A stretch of 64,000 nucleotides of DNA from a bacterium (lineage in GTDB: Bacteria > Zhuqueibacterota > Zhuqueibacteria > Oceanimicrobiales > Oceanimicrobiaceae): the NCBI GenBank assembly GCA_037446635.1, contig JBBIIG010000013.1, positions 1-64,000 on the forward strand, in the 5' to 3' direction. Shown here in pieces: positions 21,644-29,503 of this stretch. Made by a program: the position numbers and the translations under genes. The first letter of the stretch is position 1. Every line of letters begins with the position of its first letter. The notes under the pieces were generated by a model. That model had not been told where the DNA came from, did no database searches, and saw only the letters and a program-made list of their open reading frames with translations.

Positions 21644-22672
21644 GTGTTTCGGAAAAGCTGGCTACTGTTTTTCATCGCTATCATTCTATTTCGCGATGCT
21701 CAATCTCAAGAGCAAATTGGTGCTCGAAAATTCGCCCGTCCAGTTCACACCTATTCCATTGTCGCGCGCGAGCCCCAAACCGGCGAAATGGGCGTGGCGG
21801 TGCAGTCGCATTGGTTTTCGGTTGGTTCAGTCGTAACGTGGGCGGAGGCGGGAGTTGGCGCTGTCGCAACCCAATCTTTGGTTGATGTCACCTACGGGCC
21901 GCTGGCGTTGGAATTATTGCGCGCGGGCCGAACGGCAGAGCAAACGTTGGCGGCGTTGACCACCGCCGATCCGCATCCTGAAATTCGGCAAGTGGCCATC
22001 ATCGATGCCATGGGAAACGTGGCGGCGCACACGGGCGAGAAGTGCATTCCCGACGCCGGGCACATCGTCGGCGACAATTTTTCCGTACAAGCCAACTTGA
22101 TGCTGAACGACAAAGTTTGGCCGGCAATGAAAGAAGCGTATGAAAAAACCAGCGGCGACCTCGCTGAAAAAATGCTGGCAGCGTTGGATGCGGCGCAAGC
22201 GGTTGGCGGCGACATTCGCGGCAAGCAATCGGCAGCGATTCTGATTGTGAAAGGCGAATCGACGGGACGTCCGTGGGCCGACAAAGTGATGGATTTGCGG
22301 GTCGAAGATCACCCCGAACCCCTGAAAGAGCTGCGGCGATTGGTGCAGGTTCATCGCGCGTATGAACACATGAACAAGGGCGACTTGGCTTTGGAGCATA
22401 ATGACATCGAAGGCGCGCTGCGGGAGTACGGTGCCGCGGAAGCCATGTTTCCCGACAACCTCGAAATGAAATTCTGGCACGCCGTTTCACTTGTGAACGC
22501 TGGCCGAGTTGATGACTCGCTGCCGATTTTCAAAGCCATTTTTGAAAAAGACAAGAATTGGGCGATTTTGACGCCGCGGCTTCCGGGAGTCGATTTGCTT
22601 CCGGACGACCAGGCTGTAATCAACAAAATACTGTCCGTTGCACCAAAGGATGTCAACAAATCAACCAAATAG
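21644..22672 (+). CDS. DUF1028 (Ntn-hydrolase-like) protein with signal peptide and TPR tail
   Basis: HTYSIVA..P.TGEMGVAVQS, VGAVATQS, GGDIRGKQSAA, DLRVEDH. Confidence 0.85.
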   Translation: MFRKSWLLFFIAIILFRDAQSQEQIGARKFARPVHTYSIVAREPQTGEMGVAVQSHWFSVGSVVTWAEAGVGAVATQSLVDVTYGPLALELLRAGRTAEQTLAALTTADPHPEIRQVAIIDAMGNVAAHTGEKCIPDAGHIVGDNFSVQANLMLNDKVWPAMKEAYEKTSGDLAEKMLAALDAAQAVGGDIRGKQSAAILIVKGESTGRPWADKVMDLRVEDHPEPLKELRRLVQVHRAYEHMNKGDLALEHNDIEGALREYGAAEAMFPDNLEMKFWHAVSLVNAGRVDDSLPIFKAIFEKDKNWAILTPRLPGVDLLPDDQAVINKILSVAPKDVNKSTK

Positions 22673-22675
22673 AAA

Positions 22676-23647
22676 ATGATTTTACCAAAATTCCATTTTC
22701 ATCAGCCAGCAACTGTAGAAGAGGCTGTAGTCATCGCCAAACAGTGTAACGGTGATTTTGACTACATCGCCGGCGGCACCGATGTGCTGCCCAATTATAA
22801 AAACCGGCTGAACAATCGCAATAATGTCATCAGCCTGAGTCGAATCAAAACGCTTTTTGAGGTCTCCGAAACCCAAATCGGCAGTATGACGACGCTGGTG
22901 GAATTGGAGCGGAGCACGCTTCTCAATAAGCGGTATCCGGTAATCCCACAAACCGCAAAATTGATTGCCACACCGCTGATTCGAGAGTCTGCGACGGTGG
23001 GGGGAAATATCCTCCTGGATACGCGCTGCTGGTTTTTTAATCAGTCCTTTTTGTGGCGGCAGTCCAAAGGGTTTTGTTTGAAAGCAGATGGCGATGTGTG
23101 TCTGGTGGTGCCGCAAAAGGAAACCTGCTACGCAACTTACTCTGGGGATTTGGCGCCGGTGTTCATGGTGCTTGATGCCAGTTTCGCATTGGCTGGTCCC
23201 GAAAGAACGCGTTCTGTTCATTCCAGCCAATTTTTTACACACGACGGCATTACCCGTAATGTCAAATTACCGGAAGAAATCTTAACACATATCACTATTC
23301 CGAAGTCTTCGCGGCAATTACGGGCCGGTTACAAAAAGCTTCGCATGCGCGACAACATGGATTATCCGGTGATGGGTACCGCCGTCGCCTTGCAGCTTAA
23401 TCAAAGGACTATCGAAACCTTGCGAATCGCGGTGACAGGCACGGGCACCACCCCGTTTCTTTATGACGAAATCACTTCGCAATTCATCGGCGACCAATTG
23501 ACACAGGAACTCATTCGCCAAATCAGTCACGAAATTATGGAGCAGGTTAAGCCCTATCGCAACGTTCATTTTTCTCCGCAGTATCGCAAGGCCATGGTGG
23601 GGATTTATTTGCAGCGGCTATTAACAGAACTTTCTGGTCTTTCCTGA
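22676..23647 (+). CDS. hcrB: FAD-binding subunit with extra [4Fe-4S] insert, HcrB-like
   Basis: IAGGTD, ATVGGN, four-Cys insert DTRC..FCLK..VC..TCYA. Confidence 0.75.
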   Translation: MILPKFHFHQPATVEEAVVIAKQCNGDFDYIAGGTDVLPNYKNRLNNRNNVISLSRIKTLFEVSETQIGSMTTLVELERSTLLNKRYPVIPQTAKLIATPLIRESATVGGNILLDTRCWFFNQSFLWRQSKGFCLKADGDVCLVVPQKETCYATYSGDLAPVFMVLDASFALAGPERTRSVHSSQFFTHDGITRNVKLPEEILTHITIPKSSRQLRAGYKKLRMRDNMDYPVMGTAVALQLNQRTIETLRIAVTGTGTTPFLYDEITSQFIGDQLTQELIRQISHEIMEQVKPYRNVHFSPQYRKAMVGIYLQRLLTELSGLS

Positions 23648-23658
23648 ACCCGATCACA

Positions 23659-24696
23659 ATGAAAAAAACGATGAAAGCCGTTGTCATCCATGAGCATGGC
23701 GGCGTGGATAAACTTTCCTATGAGGATTATCCCGTTCCTGAAATTCGAGCCGATGAAATTTTGGTTGAGGTAAAGGCCATTGCCTTAAACCATCTTGATG
23801 TTTGGGTGCGCAAGGGCGTGGCTTCCACGAAATTGCCCATGCCGCATATTTTAGGCTCGGATACCGCCGGAGTTGTGGCTGCCGTGGGCGATATTGTAAA
23901 GAATGTACATGTCGGCGATAACGTTTTACTGGCGCCCGCCTGGGGCTGCGGTTACTGCGAATACTGCCTCGCTGGCGACGACAACTTGTGCCGCGATTAT
24001 AAAGTTTTGGGGGAAAATACCACGGGCGTTTATGCGCAGTATGTCAAAGCGCCGGCGCAAAATGCGTTTCCCATCCCCGATGGCTTGAGCTTCGAGGGAG
24101 CCGCTGCGATTCCGCTGGTTTTTTTGACGGCCTGGCACATGTTAGTGCACCAGGCTAAAGTTCAGCCGGGCGAGCTTGTGTTAATTTTGGCAGCGGGCAG
24201 CGGCGTTGGCAGTGCTGGCGTTCAAATCGCAAAACTGTTTGGAGCGCGCGTCATCGCCACCGCAAGCACCGATGCAAAACTTGAGAGGGCGAAAGAACTG
24301 GGGGCGGACCATCTTATCAATCATCAAACGCAGGATGTTTTGGAGGAAGTGAAACGGCTCACCAACAAACGCGGCGTGGACATAGTGTTCGAACACGTTG
24401 GCAAATCAACTTGGGAAAAGAGTATTAAGGCGCTGCGCAAGGGCGGCCGGCTAGTCACTTGCGGCGCAACCACCGGCTATGATGCCGTAACGGATTTGCG
24501 CTACGTCTTCTTCAAGGAACTTAAAATTTTAGGCAACTTCATGGGTCGCAAAGAGGGCTTGCGAAGAGCGCTGCAGTTTTTTCCGGAGCGACTGAAGCCG
24601 GTCATCGATACCACGTTTGCCCTGAAAGACGCAGCCAAAGCCCATGAGCGGCTGATGAATCGTAAACAATTTGGAAAGGTCATTTTGAAACCATAA
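23659..24696 (+). CDS. Zn-binding (MDR) alcohol dehydrogenase/quinone reductase
   Basis: LNHLD, CGYCEYC..C structural Zn site, AAGSGVG. Confidence 0.92.
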   Translation: MKKTMKAVVIHEHGGVDKLSYEDYPVPEIRADEILVEVKAIALNHLDVWVRKGVASTKLPMPHILGSDTAGVVAAVGDIVKNVHVGDNVLLAPAWGCGYCEYCLAGDDNLCRDYKVLGENTTGVYAQYVKAPAQNAFPIPDGLSFEGAAAIPLVFLTAWHMLVHQAKVQPGELVLILAAGSGVGSAGVQIAKLFGARVIATASTDAKLERAKELGADHLINHQTQDVLEEVKRLTNKRGVDIVFEHVGKSTWEKSIKALRKGGRLVTCGATTGYDAVTDLRYVFFKELKILGNFMGRKEGLRRALQFFPERLKPVIDTTFALKDAAKAHERLMNRKQFGKVILKP

Positions 24697-24723
24697 ACCT
24701 ATTATGAAATGAGGTATGCACTT

Positions 24724-24984
24724 ATGAAGAAGGGGTCGCGAAATATTAACAAAAACTTTGTTCGAAAAGCTGAGGAGTTTTACCAAAAGCATTTGAAGGA
24801 CAAATTAGAGAAAGAGCATTTTGGGGAGATTATTGCAATTGAGCCAATTTCTGGGGAATATTTTTTTGGAGACAAAGATATTGATGCGGCATTAAAAGCA
24901 AGAGAAAAATATCCGGAGCGATTAGTCTATATTAAGAAAATTGGGCATAAGGCCGTGCACTTTGTTGGATGCAATATAAAATGA
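24724..24984 (+). CDS. Small hypothetical protein (DUF5678-like), partner of aspartyl protease
   Basis: LEKEHFGEIIAIEP.SGEYF.G...ARE KYP...KIG; ATGA overlap with next gene; AT-rich. Confidence 0.7.
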   Translation: MKKGSRNINKNFVRKAEEFYQKHLKDKLEKEHFGEIIAIEPISGEYFFGDKDIDAALKAREKYPERLVYIKKIGHKAVHFVGCNIK

Positions 24985-25349
24985 CCCTCTCTGGCGAAGT
25001 AAAAGACGGACGACCTATAGTTGACTTAGAAATCGAGGGTGAAAAAGGTTTGGCTAAAATCCCTGTGAACCTTGATACTGGATTTAACGGCGAACTAATG
25101 CTGACATACGAAACGATTCGTTATTTGAAGCTTGATCTCTTGGGTAAAGAAAGTTTTTTTGTGGCAAGTGGTGATTATGTCGAAACGGATTTTTACCGTG
25201 CATTCCTCCATTGGTTCGGCCAAAGAAGAATCGTCGGGGTTTTGGCCACGAAAGGTTCGCATAACTTATTGGGAACGGATTTACTATCGCAATCGATTAT
25301 TATGATCAACATGCCACAATCATCCGTGATTGTAGAACTCGTAAGGTAA
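24981..25349 (+). CDS. Clan AA (retropepsin-like) aspartic protease
   Basis: LDTGFNG catalytic motif and LLGTDLL. Confidence 0.85.
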   Translation: MTLSGEVKDGRPIVDLEIEGEKGLAKIPVNLDTGFNGELMLTYETIRYLKLDLLGKESFFVASGDYVETDFYRAFLHWFGQRRIVGVLATKGSHNLLGTDLLSQSIIMINMPQSSVIVELVR

Positions 25350-25370
25350 ATTCAAACGGAGCTTGCTAAT

Positions 25371-26225
25371 TTGAACGTCAGAAAAATTTCCGTGGTTGGC
25401 GCCGGCACCATGGGGCGTGGTATCGCGCACGTGGCTTGTGTTGGCGGATTTGAAACCGTGCTGCAGGATATTTCGGAGGAGATGCTGCAGAAATCGAAAG
25501 CGCAGATTCAGGAAAATCTGAATAAGGCGGTGGAGAGAAATTTGCTGAGTCGCAACGATGCCGAAAAAGCTTTAGCGCGGTTGACCACCACGCGCGAGCT
25601 GAGCGCCGGTGTGCGCCACGCCAATTTTATCATCGAAGCCATCCCGGAGATTCTTGAAGCAAAACTCGAGCTGTTTTCAAAGATTGACAAAATATGCGCG
25701 CCGGAAGTGATTTTTGCATCCAATACTTCCGCTTTAAGCATCACCGAAATGGCCGCGGTAACCACTCGCCCGCAGCGGTTCATCGGCATGCACTTTTTCA
25801 ATCCCGTGCATAAAATGAAACTGGTGGAGATCGTGCGCGGCTTGGAAACGGGCGCCGAGACCATCGAAACCACCAAAGCGGTCGCTGCGCAGATGGGGAA
25901 GGAAACCGTTGTCATCAAAGAATCGCCGGGGTTCATCACCAGCCGTCTCAACGCGCTGATTGGCAACGAGGCATTTTACCTGTTGCAGGAGGGTATCGCC
26001 AGCGCCGAGGAGATCGATAAGGCCCTCAAGCTGGGATTGAATCATCCGATGGGTCCGTTTGAAATGGTTGACCTCGTCGGCCTTGACACGCGATTGAGTA
26101 TCCTCAAATTCCTGCACCAGACGCTTGGAGAAAAATATCGCCCCTGCCCGTTGCTGGAGCAGTATGTGAAAGCGGGAAGGTTGGGGAGGAAAGTAGGGCG
26201 GGGGGTGTATGAGTATGAAAAGTGA
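25371..26225 (+). CDS. 3-hydroxyacyl-CoA (3-hydroxybutyryl-CoA) dehydrogenase
   Basis: GAGTMGRGIA, SNTS, GMHFFNP, HPMGP..D.VGLD, GRLGRK.G.G.Y.Y. Confidence 0.95.
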   Translation: MNVRKISVVGAGTMGRGIAHVACVGGFETVLQDISEEMLQKSKAQIQENLNKAVERNLLSRNDAEKALARLTTTRELSAGVRHANFIIEAIPEILEAKLELFSKIDKICAPEVIFASNTSALSITEMAAVTTRPQRFIGMHFFNPVHKMKLVEIVRGLETGAETIETTKAVAAQMGKETVVIKESPGFITSRLNALIGNEAFYLLQEGIASAEEIDKALKLGLNHPMGPFEMVDLVGLDTRLSILKFLHQTLGEKYRPCPLLEQYVKAGRLGRKVGRGVYEYEK

Positions 26226-26232
26226 ATGAGTG

Positions 26233-28365
26233 TTACTTGTCAGAAGCCTGAGATAGGCTGGCGGCTTGAATTCGGCGCAGCGTCGCCAGCAATTCATCAA
26301 GGTTTGGGAAACGCATTGCGGGTTCGCTGTGAGAGGCCTTGCCGATTAATTCTTCCCATTCGTTTTTTAACCGTGAATTTTGGACGCCGCCGTTTGCTGC
26401 CAGCGTTTTGTCAAGAATGACGCCGAGGGAAAAAATATCGCTGCGCTCGTCGCCGGTTTCGCCCGCTGCCATTTCCGGCGCGAGATATTTTGATAAATGC
26501 GCTTGACCGCGATTCGTAAAGTTATCGCAGAAAAAATCCGTTAGTTTTAAAATGCGGCCTTCGTTCACCCAAATATTTGATGGCTTGAGATTGAGATGAT
26601 GAAGGCCGTGGCTGCGAGCGTAGAGCAGCGCGCGGACGATCCTCAGAAACAACTCCAACATCTCCCTATCGAAATCTTCCTCTGGAATTTTGATGTCGGT
26701 GATGGCCTGCCCCTCAATAAACTCGCGAACGAAGTAGATCATCCCGTCCTGCACTCCAAGATCGAAGATGGTGGCAATATTCGGATGACTTAAGCGAGCG
26801 ATCGCTCCCAGCGCATCGAACATTTTTTGTCTCTCGTCTCCCTCTTTCAAAAACGGCCAGGCTTGCTGCGGCGGCATTATTTTGATAATCAACCTTCGTC
26901 GCAAACGGCGATCGGCGCCGAGAAATACAGCATGGTGCTCGTGGTTCGCCAACTGCTTTTCCAATAAAAATTCTGACAGCTTGTAAGGATGATCATCATC
27001 AACATAATCGAGGGGATTAAACCAAAAAACTTCAGCGATTTTTCTTTCATCGCCGGGTAGGAGTGCGCCATAAGTTTTTTCTTCAAATCTGATATTTGCG
27101 GCGCGCAGTTGCTGGTGTATTTGCTCATCGGCGATGAGCAGCAACCGGCTTGAGTTGGGTTTGTCAAATTTTGGATCTTCGACAACGTGCAGCAGATGCG
27201 TCGCGGCGGCGCAATCGTGAAGAACTTCGCCGCTTTTTCGCGAATTGGACGAGGCCACGATTCCACAATTTAAAGTGCTTTGGAAATCATCGGAGAAGCG
27301 GTTGTGCGCCGTGATATTTTTTAATAGTCGCTGCGCACACTCAATCTGTCGCAGTGGATCCGTTGCCAGACTGATGAACCCGCCGCCGATAAGCCGCACA
27401 ACGCTAGCCGGCGGGTTCGACAGATTAGAAACCAACTCCTGAATTTTTTGCGGTTGGAGTGCAGCGCCTTGGATTTCCGCAACCAGAACGCTTTGCCAGC
27501 GATCGCAGTCTGCGAGGGGCTGATTGCACTGATCCCCCTGCGCCAGGAGGTTGAGAATTTCTATGTTGGGATCGAATTTGTTTAAGATGAAGCGTTCTTT
27601 GCGCGCGCCATTTTTGAGGCGGCTGAAATAATCTTCCATTGCCACCAGCCCGAGAATAAACTGGTATTCATCGGCATCCTCGTTCTCGCTCACGTTACTG
27701 TGGATGATTTCAGGCAGCGCCAGGCGCAGGGTTAAATAATCGCGCAAGCGGTCGAGGGATTCGTCGGGTGCGATTTGTTCCAATCCGTCGAGAATTAGGT
27801 TGACCATTTGGTCGTCGCCAATCTTCTGATTTTGGGAGATGGCCTGGTACGCGTGGGTTAAGGCCAATTCGATGGTAACATCGCCTCCGTTGTTGTTTTC
27901 AATCTCGCGCAGCCGAAGCAGCGCCTCTTCAAACTCCCCGCGCCGCCATAATTTTTCCAACTCAGCGCGATCGAAATTTTTCAGAGGGGTAGGCGATGGC
28001 AACGCCGCCGCACCGGTGGCGTCGGAGGGAAAAATGATTTTGCGGATGGCGTTAGCCCTGTCGCCCCCCAAAACATCGAACTGTGAAAAAAGCTCGGCGA
28101 GTCCGTTTCGCAATGCTACCGAATTTGGATTGAGCGCTGCGGCTTTTTCATACAATTTCAACACCGGCTCGGAAACGTCTTGCAGGGCGATCGCCGCCAG
28201 CGCCGCCTGCAGCGCGGCCTCCGAATGTTCGCCATCTATTTCTAAGAACTGTTGAAATTTCTCCAGCGCTTGCGAATATTGCTGGCGTTCGAAGTAAGCT
28301 TTGCCGAGCGCCATTAATAGTTGCTGAATTTTACCGAGCGCGTTGTCAGGTTCGATCTGGGTCAT
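26233..28365 (-). CDS. TPR + degenerate cyclase-like + pseudokinase multidomain protein
   Basis: N-terminal TPR; C-terminal kinase fold (IIK, LSHPNI, HLNLKPSNI, LTDFF, YLAPE, SDIFSLG) lacking the Gly loop and catalytic Asp. Confidence 0.8.
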   Translation of the reverse strand: MTQIEPDNALGKIQQLLMALGKAYFERQQYSQALEKFQQFLEIDGEHSEAALQAALAAIALQDVSEPVLKLYEKAAALNPNSVALRNGLAELFSQFDVLGGDRANAIRKIIFPSDATGAAALPSPTPLKNFDRAELEKLWRRGEFEEALLRLREIENNNGGDVTIELALTHAYQAISQNQKIGDDQMVNLILDGLEQIAPDESLDRLRDYLTLRLALPEIIHSNVSENEDADEYQFILGLVAMEDYFSRLKNGARKERFILNKFDPNIEILNLLAQGDQCNQPLADCDRWQSVLVAEIQGAALQPQKIQELVSNLSNPPASVVRLIGGGFISLATDPLRQIECAQRLLKNITAHNRFSDDFQSTLNCGIVASSNSRKSGEVLHDCAAATHLLHVVEDPKFDKPNSSRLLLIADEQIHQQLRAANIRFEEKTYGALLPGDERKIAEVFWFNPLDYVDDDHPYKLSEFLLEKQLANHEHHAVFLGADRRLRRRLIIKIMPPQQAWPFLKEGDERQKMFDALGAIARLSHPNIATIFDLGVQDGMIYFVREFIEGQAITDIKIPEEDFDREMLELFLRIVRALLYARSHGLHHLNLKPSNIWVNEGRILKLTDFFCDNFTNRGQAHLSKYLAPEMAAGETGDERSDIFSLGVILDKTLAANGGVQNSRLKNEWEELIGKASHSEPAMRFPNLDELLATLRRIQAASLSQASDK

Positions 28366-28387
28366 TCAACCTCGACGGAAAAATTAT

Positions 28388-29503
28388 TCAGGATTTGTTT
28401 TGCTCGAGCTTCAACGCGCTTTCCAAAACCAGGTTGCTTTGGGTTGTCTGGCGGCTCGCCGCCGGTGGTTCTGCGGACGCTGTCGCGGCGCGGTAGATCA
28501 GCAAAGCCACTACGGTGAAAATGATGACGATCATGATCTTTAAAAGAGTTTTTTTTCGGCTGATTTTTTTCTTTTCCGTGGACGCTTGATAAATGGTTTT
28601 CACCGCTTGATCGAGATATGAGGTGACCTCCGGCGTTTCATCTAAGATGGTTTGCTTGTGGGCGGAGTAGGGCGCCGCTGGCTCGTTCCCAGAAATGTAG
28701 ATGAGTCCGCCGGTGATGTTGTCTGAGCCATCGACCCGTTTGGCGTTGCGAATCAAACTGCTGATTTTATTTTGCAGCGAGCCGTGAAATTGGCGGAGCT
28801 CGCTTTGAATAAAATCCTCGGATAAGGCGTTATACAGACCGTCGGAGCAAATGAGGTAGAGGTCCTCATTGAGCAAGCTTTCGATGTACAGATCGATTTT
28901 AACGGTTGGCGCCAAACCCAGGGCGCGCGTGAGAACATTTTTTTTCTGGAAAATTTTGATTTGCTCCTCGCCAATCTCTTTGTCTTCGATGAGCTCGTTC
29001 AGCCAGGAGTGATCGCGGGTGAGGCAGACAAGCCGGCCGTCGCGCAGGCGATAGACGCGAGTGTCGCCCACGTGCGCGATGATAATTTTTCCGTTGTCCA
29101 GCGTAACGGCGCTGATGGTTGTGCCCATGCCGCGGGCGGCGGCATCGTGCGCGGCAGCATACAAAACCCGGCGATTGGCCAATCGGATGGCCGCGATCAA
29201 TTTTTTAGCGGCCGGTGGAATTTCTGTTTTTAAATCGGGACATGCTTTAGTGAGATCAAAAAATTTGTTTTGTACCACGAGGTTGCGCAGGGTCTCGTTG
29301 GCAAGCATCACGTCGCGGAGGGTTTCCGCGGCGATTTGGCTCGCTAGCGCGCCTTTGCGGTGCCCACCCATGCCGTCGCAAACCACGAAAAATTGTTTGG
29401 GCTGCGAGAAAAAAAAGAAATCCTCGTTTTGCTCGCGCACGGTTCCGACGTCGCTGTCGGCCGCCATGAGGACTTGTTCGTCGATGTGTGTCTCAGCGAT
29501 CAT
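28388..29503 (-). CDS. PP2C/Stp1-family Ser/Thr phosphatase with C-terminal TM
   Basis: SDVG.VR..NED, VCDGMGGH, GMGTT, HVGD, ICSDGL, DNIT. Confidence 0.93.
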   Translation of the reverse strand: MIAETHIDEQVLMAADSDVGTVREQNEDFFFFSQPKQFFVVCDGMGGHRKGALASQIAAETLRDVMLANETLRNLVVQNKFFDLTKACPDLKTEIPPAAKKLIAAIRLANRRVLYAAAHDAAARGMGTTISAVTLDNGKIIIAHVGDTRVYRLRDGRLVCLTRDHSWLNELIEDKEIGEEQIKIFQKKNVLTRALGLAPTVKIDLYIESLLNEDLYLICSDGLYNALSEDFIQSELRQFHGSLQNKISSLIRNAKRVDGSDNITGGLIYISGNEPAAPYSAHKQTILDETPEVTSYLDQAVKTIYQASTEKKKISRKKTLLKIMIVIIFTVVALLIYRAATASAEPPAASRQTTQSNLVLESALKLEQNKS

